DNA of 41,646 bases, from positions 1-41,646 of the forward strand of contig CBFHMA010000001.1 in assembly GCA_965656775.1 (NCBI GenBank), read 5' to 3'. This document shows positions 18,652 to 28,341 of the stretch, one piece after another; the first letter of the stretch is position 1, and every line of letters starts with the position of its first letter. Source of the stretch: Luminiphilus sp. GTDB lineage: Bacteria > Pseudomonadota > Gammaproteobacteria > Pseudomonadales > Halieaceae. The translations under genes and the position numbers were made by a program. Under the pieces are notes generated by a model. The model had not been told where the DNA came from and did no database searches. It worked only from the letters and a program-made list of their open reading frames with translations.

Positions 18652-19983
18652 ATGGCTACCCCCGATCTCATCCTACATCCACGCTGGTTAATTCCCGTCC
18701 GACCCCGGAGCGAGGTCTGGTCAGACGTCAGCTTGGTGGTGTCCCAGGGCCGAATCAGCGCCTTAATGCCGACCTCTGCTGCACGACAATGCGCGGCGCA
18801 AGAGCACCTGGACCTACCCCATCACGTGCTGCTGCCGGGCCTTATCAACTGTCACGGCCACAGTGCCATGACCTTATTACGGGGCTATGCTGACGATCAG
18901 TCCTTGATGACTTGGCTGAACGAGCACATATGGCCGGCCGAGCGCGCCTTTGTCGGTGAGGATTTCGTGCGCGACGGCACCGATCTGGCGTTGGCTGAGT
19001 TGCTGCTGGGTGGCACTACCACATTCAGCGACCAATATTTTTTCCCCAACATAACGGCGGAGCGGGTTGATCTTGCAGGCCTGCGCGCGCAGCTGTGCTT
19101 CCCCATTATTGAGCTTGCCACCGCGTGGGCAACCGACGCCGAGGGCTATCTGACTCGAGGACTTACGCTGCGGGATAGCTACCGAGGTCACGATCGCATT
19201 GAAATAGGTTTCGGACCTCACTCCAACTACACCGTGAGCGAAACTACGCTACGTCGCGTGGCCACGCTGGCTAATGAACTCGACGCGCCCTTGCAAATCC
19301 ACCTGCATGAAAGCCGCGGCGAGGTGCAAATGTCCCAAGAGACCCTAGGTGAACGTCCTATCGATCAGCTATCGCGCATCGGGCTACTCGGCCCACGAAC
19401 ACAGTGCGTTCACATGACAACGCTCTGCGAAGACGATATCGCCACCGTTGTAGCCAGCGGCAGTCATGTCGTGCACTGTCCTCGGTCTAATATGAAACTT
19501 GCCTCAGGCGTGTGTCCCGTCCCTCAACTCCTCAAGCGGGGCATCAATGTGGCACTGGGCACTGACGGTGCAGCCAGCAATAACCGCTTGAACATGCTCA
19601 GTGAGATGCAGATGGCAGCGCTGTTGGCAAAAGTATCCTCCGGTGAAGCCACCGCACTACCGGCGGCAGCGGCACTGGAATTGGCGACCATAAATGGCGC
19701 CAAAGCGCTGGGGTACGAGGCTGAGCTGGGGTCGTTGGAGCTTGGTAAATGGGCCGATATGATCGCCCTCGACTTGCAGGCGCCCGCCACCCAACCGGTG
19801 CACGACGTGCTGTCTCATGTTGTTTATGCCACCAGCGGTGCCGAACTGAGCCATAGCTGGGTCGCGGGCAAGGCACTGGTCGCTGACGGTACACTGTGCA
19901 CCCTCGATGCAAACGCCATCAATAATCGTGTCATGCAGTGGCGTGACCAACTTCAGGCATTCCATTCACATAACCCGCAGTAG
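18652..19983 (+). CDS. TRZ/ATZ family amidohydrolase (probable 5'-methylthioadenosine/S-adenosylhomocysteine deaminase)
   Basis: PGLINCHGH, IHLHE, HCPRSNMKLASG and GTDG metal motifs. Conserved position divergent from gyrA and upstream of ubiG. Start refined to ATG at 18652. Confidence 0.85.
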   Translation: MATPDLILHPRWLIPVRPRSEVWSDVSLVVSQGRISALMPTSAARQCAAQEHLDLPHHVLLPGLINCHGHSAMTLLRGYADDQSLMTWLNEHIWPAERAFVGEDFVRDGTDLALAELLLGGTTTFSDQYFFPNITAERVDLAGLRAQLCFPIIELATAWATDAEGYLTRGLTLRDSYRGHDRIEIGFGPHSNYTVSETTLRRVATLANELDAPLQIHLHESRGEVQMSQETLGERPIDQLSRIGLLGPRTQCVHMTTLCEDDIATVVASGSHVVHCPRSNMKLASGVCPVPQLLKRGINVALGTDGAASNNRLNMLSEMQMAALLAKVSSGEATALPAAAALELATINGAKALGYEAELGSLELGKWADMIALDLQAPATQPVHDVLSHVVYATSGAELSHSWVAGKALVADGTLCTLDANAINNRVMQWRDQLQAFHSHNPQ

Positions 19984-19997
19984 GAGTAACCGCTTGC

Positions 19998-20711
19998 ATG
20001 AGTAGTCACCATAGCAACGTCGACGCCGCCGAGATCGCAAAATTTGAAGCTTTAGCGTCACGCTGGTGGGATCCAACCAGTGAGTTTAAACCGCTCCATG
20101 ACATTAATCCCTTGCGCGCAAACTGGATCGATGACTACTCACAGGTTGCGGGCAAGCAATTGCTTGATGTGGGCTGCGGTGGTGGTTTGTTAACCGAGGC
20201 AATGGCATGGCGAGGTGCCCATGTCACTGGTATCGATATGGGTGAAGCTCCGCTCACCGTGGCTAAGATCCACCGCCTCGAGAGCGAACTAGATATCGAC
20301 TACCAGCAAACCACGGCGGAGGCTATGGCGGACAGCCATCCTGGCAAATTTGACGTGGTTACCTGTCTAGAGATGTTGGAGCATGTGCCCGACCCCGGGT
20401 CGGTCATTTCCGCGTGCGCGCAGCTGGCGAAACCGGGCGCAAATCTGTACTTTTCCACCATTAATCGCAATCCGAAAGCGTTTGCCTTTGCTATCGTCGG
20501 GGCTGAGTACGTTTTGAATCTCCTGCCTCGGGGTACTCACGAGTACAGTAAATTCATCCGTCCCTCTGAGCTTGCGGGCTGGATACGGGATGCGGGGCTG
20601 CAGCTTGAGGCCATGACCGGCTTAACCTACAACCCTATCACTCGCCACTATCGCCTCAATACCAATGACGTTTCTGTTAATTACATGGTACGGGCCCGCA
20701 AACCCCACTGA
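19998..20711 (+). CDS. ubiG: Ubiquinone biosynthesis O-methyltransferase
   Basis: NVD.AEIAKFEALASRWWD, LDVGCGGG, EMLEHVPDP. Confidence 0.97.
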   Translation: MSSHHSNVDAAEIAKFEALASRWWDPTSEFKPLHDINPLRANWIDDYSQVAGKQLLDVGCGGGLLTEAMAWRGAHVTGIDMGEAPLTVAKIHRLESELDIDYQQTTAEAMADSHPGKFDVVTCLEMLEHVPDPGSVISACAQLAKPGANLYFSTINRNPKAFAFAIVGAEYVLNLLPRGTHEYSKFIRPSELAGWIRDAGLQLEAMTGLTYNPITRHYRLNTNDVSVNYMVRARKPH

Positions 20712-20714
20712 GAT

Positions 20715-21401
20715 ATGCACATCCACCTCATGCAGCAGCAACCCCAGGCAGTCATCTTCGATCTTGACGGTACACTGATCGACACCGCTAACGATTTCAT
20801 CCACATTGTGCAGGGCATGCGACGACAGCACGGCCTCCCAGCGCTGCCAGCGGCAGCCGTTCGCCGGCGGGTATCCGATGGCGCTGGCGCTCTTGTTACC
20901 CTCGCCCTGGGTAGCGCACCTGAACATCCCGATCATGAAACCCTGCGCCTACAATTCCTCGAGCACTACGCAGCTCTGGCAGGCCAATACTCGCAACCCT
21001 ATCCAGGTATGCACGCGCTGGTAAAACATTTAGGTAAGCAATCAGTGCCATGGGGTGTTGCCACCAACAAGGCCCGGCGGTTTGCCGAACCACTGATGAC
21101 CGCTATGGGATTTTCACCGGCCGCAGGCAGCATTGTGACACCTTGTGATGTCACCAACCCCAAACCGCACCCTGAATCCATCGCGCTCGCATGCCAACAG
21201 TTGAGTGCAGATCCAGCAAAGTCTATTTATGTCGGTGACCATCGGCGGGATATCGATGCAGGGCGGGCCGCGGGCTGCTTCACCATAGCCGCGGCCTATG
21301 GCTATATCGACACCGGCGATTGCCCGAGCCAATGGGGAGCTGATGCCATCGCAATGACAGCCCTCGATTTAACCACCATGATAATGAGGATGACGCCGTG
21401 A
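20715..21401 (+). CDS. mupP: HAD-IA phosphatase, MupP/phosphoglycolate-phosphatase-like
   Basis: FDLDGTLIDT, TNK, KPHP and YVGD..RDI motifs. Same ubiG-mupP-yciK context as in Pseudomonas; the symbol is assigned by synteny. Confidence 0.75.
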   Translation: MHIHLMQQQPQAVIFDLDGTLIDTANDFIHIVQGMRRQHGLPALPAAAVRRRVSDGAGALVTLALGSAPEHPDHETLRLQFLEHYAALAGQYSQPYPGMHALVKHLGKQSVPWGVATNKARRFAEPLMTAMGFSPAAGSIVTPCDVTNPKPHPESIALACQQLSADPAKSIYVGDHRRDIDAGRAAGCFTIAAAYGYIDTGDCPSQWGADAIAMTALDLTTMIMRMTP

Positions 21402-22153
21402 GTTGCTTCCCTACCCATTGGCAACCAGAAACCGATGAATTATCGGGCAAAACCATCCTGATAACGGGCGCGGGTGATGGCATCGGACGGGCGGTCGCGA
21501 TCGCCTGTGCCGAACACGGCGCAGAGGTGCTATTACTGGGTCGAACCGAGAGCAAATTGGAAGCTGTGTACGATGTCATTGTGGCAGCCGGGGGCCCTGT
21601 GCCCGGCATCATTCCCACTGATCTGGGTCGTGTCAGCCATGATGTTCTCTGTGGTCTGGCTGCTGAGCTATCCCAGTCTGTACCTAAGCTCGACGGGCTA
21701 ATCCATAACGCCAGCATACTGGGCGACCGAAAACCTATCGCCCAGACCAGCGCAGCCTTGTGGCACGAGGTCATGCAAGTAAACGTCAACGCCGGTTTTA
21801 TGCTTACCCAAACGCTGCTGCCACTATTGGCCGAGGCACCGGCAGCGTCGGTAATGTTCACCAGCTCAGGGGTTGGCCGAGTTGGGCGCGCCTACTGGGG
21901 CGCGTACGCAGCTTCAAAGTTCGCTACCGAAGGTTTAATGCAGGTACTTGCCGACGAACTGGCGAGCACATCAAATATCCGAGTGAATAGCCTCAATCCC
22001 GGTGCCGTCAACACGGCGATGCGCCGCACCGCCTATCCCGGGGAGCCACCTTCCAAAAACCCCTCTCCAGTCAATTTAGTCAACAACTGGCTTTTTCTGA
22101 TGAGCGATGCCAGTAGTCACCTAAACGGCCAGGCCCTCTCAGTGCAGAACTAG
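21398..22153 (+). CDS. yciK: YciK family short-chain oxidoreductase
   Basis: TGAGDGIG, HNASILG, FTSSGVG, YAASK, NPG..NT.MR. Confidence 0.9.
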   Translation: MSCFPTHWQPETDELSGKTILITGAGDGIGRAVAIACAEHGAEVLLLGRTESKLEAVYDVIVAAGGPVPGIIPTDLGRVSHDVLCGLAAELSQSVPKLDGLIHNASILGDRKPIAQTSAALWHEVMQVNVNAGFMLTQTLLPLLAEAPAASVMFTSSGVGRVGRAYWGAYAASKFATEGLMQVLADELASTSNIRVNSLNPGAVNTAMRRTAYPGEPPSKNPSPVNLVNNWLFLMSDASSHLNGQALSVQN

Positions 22154-22194
22154 CCCCGAGGTGTTTGAACGACCGATTAGGATCCATGACACAG

Positions 22195-23127
22195 TTAGCG
22201 TTTTTTCTTGCGAACAAAACCCGCATCAGCGTCGAACATCCGACGCACTGTGCGTCGGCCTGCTTTTTTAGCCAAGCGCGCCAGCTTGGCTTGCTCGCTG
22301 TCAGTCAGCGGCTTGGCCGATTTGGGTGGTAGCTGCGCCATACCATACAGTACATCTACATCACTAGCCGGCAACTCCATCCACTCGCCTTTTTTTAGCT
22401 TAGAGGGGATAAATACGCTGCCGTAGCGAACGCGTTTGAGGCGTGACACCGTGAGGCCTTGCGACTCCCACAGGCGGCGCACTTCTCGGTTACGACCTTC
22501 CATAAGGACAACGTAGAACCATCGGTTGATACCTTCGCCACCGCCGTCGACGATATCCGTAAAGCGAGCGGGACCGTCGTCAAGCTCTACGCCCCCTTTC
22601 AGACGTTCCAATAACTCATCGTCAACGCGTCCCATAACACGGACCAAGTACTCACGCTCGATCATACTGGACGGGTGCATCAATGCATTGGCAAGTTCGC
22701 CATCGGTAGTGAAGAGCAACAGACCAGACGTGTTGTAATCGAGCCGTCCTATAACGATCCAACGCCCACCTTTTAGGGGTGGCAGGGATTCAAATACCGT
22801 ACGACGGCCCTCGGGATCCTTGCGAGAGCAGACTTCCCCTACTGGCTTGTGATAGAGCAGGCAGCGCACAGTCTGGGTTTCATCGAGTAGCACCGGCTTT
22901 CCGTCGAGCAGCACTTTGACGTCACCAGCAATACGGTCACCCAAACTGGCAACCCGACCGTCTACTGTAAAACGCCCTTCCTGAATCCAGCGCTCCATTT
23001 CTCGGCGGGAACCTATGCCGGCTCGCGCCAGTACCTTTTGCAGTTTTTCTCCGCGCTCGTCCGTTTCAGTGGACGGTGGTGTCTTCGGCGGGGTCTTCGG
23101 TCTGTTTTTTGGCTTCGATTGACTCAC
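22195..23127 (-). CDS. rluB: 23S rRNA pseudouridine synthase B
   Basis: EKLQKVLARAGIGSRRE S4 domain, GRLDYNTSG catalytic aspartate, EGRNREVRR. Start refined to GTG at 23127 with a GAGGA RBS at 23136-23140. Confidence 0.93.
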   Translation of the reverse strand: MSQSKPKNRPKTPPKTPPSTETDERGEKLQKVLARAGIGSRREMERWIQEGRFTVDGRVASLGDRIAGDVKVLLDGKPVLLDETQTVRCLLYHKPVGEVCSRKDPEGRRTVFESLPPLKGGRWIVIGRLDYNTSGLLLFTTDGELANALMHPSSMIEREYLVRVMGRVDDELLERLKGGVELDDGPARFTDIVDGGGEGINRWFYVVLMEGRNREVRRLWESQGLTVSRLKRVRYGSVFIPSKLKKGEWMELPASDVDVLYGMAQLPPKSAKPLTDSEQAKLARLAKKAGRRTVRRMFDADAGFVRKKKR

Positions 23128-23839
23128 CTGGCATATCCTCCGTAAGCGCTTCCTCAGCGTGTAATGGGGGTTCTTCAGTAACCTCATCCGCGCCACCTAC
23201 AGGGTCGGGATAGGTATCGGTATCGGTATCGGTATCGGTATCGGTATCGGTATCGGTATCAACGTGACTGCTAACGTCGATATCCTCAAGGGGCAAATGA
23301 CCCGACAAATTATCGAGTTCACGAATTTCCGCCAGCGGCGGCAACTCCTCCAAAGACTTCATGTTGAAGTAGTCGAGAAATTGACGGGTTGTTGCGTACA
23401 TAGCAGGACGACCAGGTACATCACGATGCCCTACAACCCGAACCCAATCGCGCTCCTGCAAGGTCTTGATGATATTCGAACTGACCGCCACACCCCGAAT
23501 TTCTTCAATTTCACCTCGGGTAATAGGTTGTCGGTAGGCGATGAGAGACAACGTCTCGAGTAACGCTCGAGAATAGCGCGCGGGCCGCTCTTGCCAGAGA
23601 CGCCCAATCCAGGTCGACAAATTCTGACGCACCTGAAAACGCCAACCCCCTGCTACCTCAACCAACTCAAATCCTCGATCTTCGCAACGGTCGGCAACCC
23701 GTGCCAGCGCCTCACGCAGATCATCGTTACTAGGGCGCTCCAAGTCGTCAAATAGCGTGGCAAGTCGACTCAGGGACAGTGGCTCACCTGCAGCGAGCAG
23801 CGCCGCCTCAATGATATGCACTAAGCCAGTATCTGCCAT
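23066..23839 (-). CDS. scpB: SMC-Scp complex subunit ScpB
   Basis: IEAALLAA.EPL, LETLSLIAYRQPITRGEIEEIRGV, PGRP. Long acidic tail. Confidence 0.96.
   Translation of the reverse strand: MADTGLVHIIEAALLAAGEPLSLSRLATLFDDLERPSNDDLREALARVADRCEDRGFELVEVAGGWRFQVRQNLSTWIGRLWQERPARYSRALLETLSLIAYRQPITRGEIEEIRGVAVSSNIIKTLQERDWVRVVGHRDVPGRPAMYATTRQFLDYFNMKSLEELPPLAEIRELDNLSGHLPLEDIDVSSHVDTDTDTDTDTDTDTDTYPDPVGGADEVTEEPPLHAEEALTEDMPGESIEAKKQTEDPAEDTTVH
23213..23260. repeat. Perfect hexanucleotide microsatellite (GGTATC)8, encoding (DT)8 in the ScpB tail
   Basis: Eight identical copies counted directly (48 bp). Confidence 0.97.
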
Positions 23840-24717
23840 TAATTCGATCTCGCTTTGACGTGTATGGGCCCGAAAGCCTCGGTTTGAACAATTTCTACAA
23901 GTGATTCTTTGATTAGTTCCATCACGGCCAGGAAGGTGACCACTACGCCCAAGCGCCCCTCTTCAGCTTTAAATAAGCTCACAAAAGGCATGAAGCTTGC
24001 CGAGCGCAAGGTTTCCAGAACATCGGACATTCGCTCTCGGGTTGACAGGGATTCTCGCTGAACATGATGACTTTCAAACATATCGGCACGGCGCAGCACA
24101 TCGCTAAGCGCCAGTAACAAATCGCGCATGTCGACCTCTGGCAGCGGTCTCTCCCGCTCGAGGTCGGGGGGGGCTGCACTGCCAACCCAGGTATCGCGCT
24201 CTAAACGAGGCAATTCGTCGATGTCCTCAGCGGCTTTTTTGAAGCGTTCATACTCCTGCAGACGTCGAATCAGATTTGCTCGAGGATCGTCTTCTTCTTC
24301 GTCCTCCTCCTTGGACCTCGGCAGCAGCATGCGCGATTTAATCTCTGCCAACATCGCCGCCATGAGCAAATACTCTGCAGCAAGCTCAAACTGCATGGCG
24401 TCCATCAGCTCAACGTAGCGCATATATTGTTCAGTGATATCCGACACGTCGATATCAAGAATGTCGAGGTTCTGACGTCTGATCAGGTACAACAGCAGAT
24501 CAAGAGGACCCTCGAAAGCCTCAAGAATGACCTCAAGTGCTTGCGGTGGTATGTACAAATCTTTGGGTAGCTCGGTAACCGCCTGACCCATCACGATAGC
24601 GAACGGCATCTCGCCCTGTTGGGGCGTTAGCATGCGCGTGGCAACCGCCTTGGAAGGCGCCAGGGTTACCTCCGGCGCAGACTCAACTGGCGTCTCTGTC
24701 GTTGTGTCATCGTTCAC
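23839..24717 (-). CDS. scpA: Segregation and condensation protein A (kleisin)
   Basis: FEGPLDLLLYLIR, AAEYLLMAA..AEIKSRMLLP, VVTFLAVMEL. The start position is uncertain. Confidence 0.95.
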   Translation of the reverse strand: MNDDTTTETPVESAPEVTLAPSKAVATRMLTPQQGEMPFAIVMGQAVTELPKDLYIPPQALEVILEAFEGPLDLLLYLIRRQNLDILDIDVSDITEQYMRYVELMDAMQFELAAEYLLMAAMLAEIKSRMLLPRSKEEDEEEDDPRANLIRRLQEYERFKKAAEDIDELPRLERDTWVGSAAPPDLERERPLPEVDMRDLLLALSDVLRRADMFESHHVQRESLSTRERMSDVLETLRSASFMPFVSLFKAEEGRLGVVVTFLAVMELIKESLVEIVQTEAFGPIHVKARSN

Positions 24718-24720
24718 CGG

Positions 24721-24755
24721 CGCAGTATAGCCTGAACAGACCCCATTGACGGCAA
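24721..24755 (-). promoter_or_regulatory. Candidate internal promoter for scpAB-rluB (-10 TATACT)
   Basis: Minus strand reads TTGCCGTCAATGGGGTCTGTTCAGGCTATACTGCG. Confidence 0.45.
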
Positions 24756-24759
24756 GGTC

Positions 24760-25380
24760 TCAGGAAAATACTGAGGTATCGCCCAAACCCTGCCTCACAA
24801 TAACGGGGGGTTCGGTGGTCATATCGATAACGCTAGTGGGCTCCAAACCACAGTAACCACCATCAATCACAAGATCGAGTTCATGCTCCAGTGTCTGACG
24901 GATGTCGTAGGGATCGGTCAACGGGTATTCATCACCCGGTAACTGCAGGGTCACACTCATCAGCGGCTCGCCCAGTTCCGCCAGCAGCGCTTGAGCAGTC
25001 GGGTTATCAGGTACTCGCAACCCTACCGTTTTGCGTTTTGGATGCTGTAATCGGCGGGGGACCTCACTGGTCGCCTCAAGGATGAAGGTATAAGGCCCCG
25101 GTGTTATGGTTCGCAGCGTGCGGTAGGTGCTGTTATCAACACGCGCAAACCCGCCCAACTCGGACAAATCACGACATACCAAGGTAAAATTGTGGTTATC
25201 GTCCAACTGTCGAATACGACGTATGCGCTCCAGTGCCCGCTTGTTACCAATAGAGCATCCCAACGCGTAGGCGCTGTCGGTTGGGTAGGCGATAACGCCA
25301 CCGTTTCGGATGATTTCGACGGCCTGCCTAACGAGTCGCGCCTGGGGATTATCGGGATGAATAGCAAAAAATTGACTCAC
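24760..25380 (-). CDS. yciO: Sua5/YrdC/YciO family protein
   Basis: MSQFF.IHPDNPQ.RL, YPTDS.YALGC, TPGPYTFIL, GLRVPD. Confidence 0.93.
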   Translation of the reverse strand: MSQFFAIHPDNPQARLVRQAVEIIRNGGVIAYPTDSAYALGCSIGNKRALERIRRIRQLDDNHNFTLVCRDLSELGGFARVDNSTYRTLRTITPGPYTFILEATSEVPRRLQHPKRKTVGLRVPDNPTAQALLAELGEPLMSVTLQLPGDEYPLTDPYDIRQTLEHELDLVIDGGYCGLEPTSVIDMTTEPPVIVRQGLGDTSVFS

Positions 25381-26201
25381 AGTACGATCTCCCAGACACC
25401 CGGCACACCCCGTGCCAGTGTCGTCGATACCCCTAAATCCGGGCCATGTTGCCAGGGCCGATGAAAATCACTGCCAACGGACGCATGCAAGCCAAAGTCC
25501 AGCGCTAAACGTGTGAGTTTTGCAATCTCGTCTTGGGTTTGTCGGCCACTGGCAATTTCAATGGCACTGCCGCCCGCTTCAGCAAAATCGGTGCACAGCG
25601 CCCGCAGCTTCATGCGTGTCATCGAGTAATGCAGCGGATGCGCCAATATGGCAACGCCCCCTGCGGATGTCAGTTCGGCCACCACATCAGACAGTGCCGG
25701 CCAAAAGGTTTTGACGTCACCGAGCTTGCCCCTACCTAAGTAGCGGTCGAAGGCCCGTGTTTCACTGTCGACAAACCCTTGCTTAACAAGCCAGCGTGCG
25801 AAGTGGGGACGACCCAATTCCGCACCACTCGCCAAAGCAACGACACCATCATAAGCGCCCTGAAAGCCCGCTTGCTCTAGGCGTTGTGCAATTTTATGTG
25901 CGCGCTGCTCCCGCGCGGCACCCTGGCGGGCAACCAGCGCAGTCATGGCTGGCGCCGTCATATCGAAGCCTAAACCGACAATGTGAATATTCACCCCGCC
26001 CCAGAGGCAGGACAACTCGACCCCAGACACCAGCTGTAGACTTTTTGGCACATTCGATGCTGCGCTTTTTAAGCCCTCCAGTGTATCGTGATCGGTAATC
26101 GCCAGGGCTCTAACGTCGCGATTAACGGCTCGCGCCATCAGAGCCGCAGGCAATAACTCGCCGTCTGATGCCGACGTATGTGTGTGGAAGTCGATTAGCA
26201 A
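25377..26201 (-). CDS. yciV: PHP domain phosphoesterase (YciV/TrpH, RNase AM-like)
   Basis: DFHTHTSASDG, ITDHD, GVELS, GRPHFA, AHP, GSDFH. Start refined to TTG at 26201. Confidence 0.9.
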   Translation of the reverse strand: MLIDFHTHTSASDGELLPAALMARAVNRDVRALAITDHDTLEGLKSAASNVPKSLQLVSGVELSCLWGGVNIHIVGLGFDMTAPAMTALVARQGAAREQRAHKIAQRLEQAGFQGAYDGVVALASGAELGRPHFARWLVKQGFVDSETRAFDRYLGRGKLGDVKTFWPALSDVVAELTSAGGVAILAHPLHYSMTRMKLRALCTDFAEAGGSAIEIASGRQTQDEIAKLTRLALDFGLHASVGSDFHRPWQHGPDLGVSTTLARGVPGVWEIVL

Positions 26202-26324
26202 GGTCTCTACACTCTCGGTATATTGCTGGCCACACCCAGTGCTAGACCGTCGGTGTGGGCATAGATCCAAGCCTATCAGACATCACTACTTTCGGCGCTA
26301 TATAAGCTGTCCTCGGAACCCATC

Positions 26325-26936
26325 ATGAAGCAGTTGCTGGAATTCATACCCATTATTTTGTTCGTTATCGCCTACAAGTTCGATGGCAGTACCATCACAT
26401 TAGGCGATTGGCGCTACACCCTCGACGGTATTTTCTCCGCTACAGCAGTACTCATGATTGCAACGGTGGTGCAAGTCGCCCTTATGTGGCTGATAGAAAA
26501 GCAGCTGGAAAAACGCCTGCTGTGGACCGGTCTCGCTGTAGTGATCTTTGGCAGCGCTACCCTGTTGCTGCGTGATGAGACGTTTATCCAGTGGAAACCC
26601 AGCGTCTTCAACTGGGGTATGGCGGTTGCCTTTGCAGTCTCACAATTTATCGGTGAGCGTAATTTACTTGAACGTATTATGGGCGCACACCTGGCACTAC
26701 CGACTCGCATCTGGACACGCCTATGCTGGATATGGGCGGTGCATTTCATGATTGTGGGTGTACTTAACCTCGTCGTGGCCTATCGGTTTAGCGAGGCCAC
26801 TTGGGTTGATTACAAGCTGTATTCGGGCTTTGCCTTTACACTGTTTATTATGCTCATCACTGCCATTGTTGTGAGTCCGCACATCAAAGGGGAAACAGCA
26901 GGCAAAGATACCGCTGAAAACAATCTGAAGCCCTAG
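26325..26936 (+). CDS. yciB: Inner membrane-spanning protein YciB (IspZ)
   Basis: MKQLLEFIP, FIQWKP and WVDYKL motifs; multiple TM helices. Confidence 0.93.
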   Translation: MKQLLEFIPIILFVIAYKFDGSTITLGDWRYTLDGIFSATAVLMIATVVQVALMWLIEKQLEKRLLWTGLAVVIFGSATLLLRDETFIQWKPSVFNWGMAVAFAVSQFIGERNLLERIMGAHLALPTRIWTRLCWIWAVHFMIVGVLNLVVAYRFSEATWVDYKLYSGFAFTLFIMLITAIVVSPHIKGETAGKDTAENNLKP

Positions 26937-26969
26937 GGTTTCGGGTGGCAATAAGGAGTATTAGAGGCT

Positions 26970-27683
26970 ATGGCAAGGCATCGAACACAGGCAGGACGAT
27001 CTGTATCGCAGCGACTTGCGTGCACCCTAGGGATGGCGTGGCTTACCTTCGCAGCCATCGCGAGCGCCCAGGAAACCGTTTATGTCAGTGACAAACTGTA
27101 CGTGCCGATTCGCAGCGGTGCCGGTGGTGACTACCGCATTTTGCACAAGGGTATTCCCTCGGGCACAGCGTTGACACAGTTGGGCATCAACGACGATGAA
27201 ACGTGGGCAGAAATTGAGACTCGAGGGGGTATAAGGGGCTGGATGCGTGCACAATTCATTCAGTCAACACCACCTGCAGCGATGCGCGTCTCAGAACTTG
27301 AGGAGCAATTACAACAGGCGACCCAAGAACGCGATCGACTGCGCTCATCCCTATCCAACACACAATCCGAAGCAACCGAGGTCACCGGCACTGCTTCAGA
27401 ATTACGAGATCAGTTGACCGCCGTTGAAGCTGAATTGACCGAGGTTAAGCGAGTATCCGCTGCGGCGCTCGAGCTCGACGCACAAAATCGAACCCTTACA
27501 ACAGAACTCGAAAATCTGCGAGCCGATGCCGAACTACTGAGACTGGAAAATGTTCGGTTACAAGAACGCATCAGTAACGCACAAATCATCGATGGCGCCT
27601 TGGCTGTTTTATTGGGTGTTGCCATCACAGTCGTGGTCCCGCGCTTGGTGCCACGACGCCGTCGCAACGACGGTTGGTCTTAA
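26970..27683 (+). CDS. SH3 domain protein, TIGR04211/YgiM type
   Basis: Signal peptide, YVSDKLYVPIRSGAG..YRI SH3b domain, coiled coil, C-terminal TM followed by PRRRRNDGW. Confidence 0.85.
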   Translation: MARHRTQAGRSVSQRLACTLGMAWLTFAAIASAQETVYVSDKLYVPIRSGAGGDYRILHKGIPSGTALTQLGINDDETWAEIETRGGIRGWMRAQFIQSTPPAAMRVSELEEQLQQATQERDRLRSSLSNTQSEATEVTGTASELRDQLTAVEAELTEVKRVSAAALELDAQNRTLTTELENLRADAELLRLENVRLQERISNAQIIDGALAVLLGVAITVVVPRLVPRRRRNDGWS

Positions 27684-27710
27684 TCGGTCTTTACAAGAGG
27701 ATTTATCAGT

Positions 27711-28337
27711 ATGCTATCGATCGCTCTGCGGCGACGCCTAAAACATCTAGGCACGGCTGTAATGTTGACTTTGTGCACAAACGCAAACCTATCCCTGGCG
27801 GCAGATAACTCTGCCAATAGCGGCGAGACACTGATAAAAATCGCGACGACAGCGGGGGACATCACGCTAAAATTACTGGCCGACAAAGCCCCCGCCACGG
27901 TGGACAACTTTCTAAACTACGTCGATAGCGGTCATTACGATGGAACGGTTTTTCATCGGGTGATCCCAAACTTCATGGTCCAAGGCGGCGGATTCACGGT
28001 TGACCTCGAGGAAAAACCGACAGGAGACCCGGTCGTCAACGAAAGTCAAAATCGGCTACACAATATTCGTGGCACAGTGGCCATGGCACGCACGAGTGAT
28101 CCCGATTCAGCAACGGCACAGTTTTTTATCAACCAACGCAGCAATCTACGACTCGATTGGGCCCCAGGCCGGCCCGGCTACACGGTCTTTGCGGAAGTTG
28201 TAGACGGTATGAATGTAGTCGACTTTATTGCGACTGCGCCCACCGGTCGCGCCATGGCAACCACGCAGGCTGGACGAGCGCCCTTTGATGATGTGCCCAC
28301 GGAAGCCATTGTCATTAAAGCAGTGACGAGGCTGTAG
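27711..28337 (+). CDS. ppiA: Periplasmic cyclophilin-type peptidyl-prolyl isomerase
   Basis: AP.TV.NF, FHRVIPNFMVQGGG, AMART..PDSATAQFFIN. N-terminal signal peptide. Confidence 0.9.
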   Translation: MLSIALRRRLKHLGTAVMLTLCTNANLSLAADNSANSGETLIKIATTAGDITLKLLADKAPATVDNFLNYVDSGHYDGTVFHRVIPNFMVQGGGFTVDLEEKPTGDPVVNESQNRLHNIRGTVAMARTSDPDSATAQFFINQRSNLRLDWAPGRPGYTVFAEVVDGMNVVDFIATAPTGRAMATTQAGRAPFDDVPTEAIVIKAVTRL

Positions 28338-28341
28338 CGCG

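Noticed and set aside
2616-26270. ORF-track N-terminal extensions of atuC (2675), comEA (6173), the deaminase (18571), rluB (23196) and yciV (26270)
   Set aside because: The extensions lack family similarity and overlap neighbouring genes or promoters; downstream starts fit RBS position or family N-termini better.
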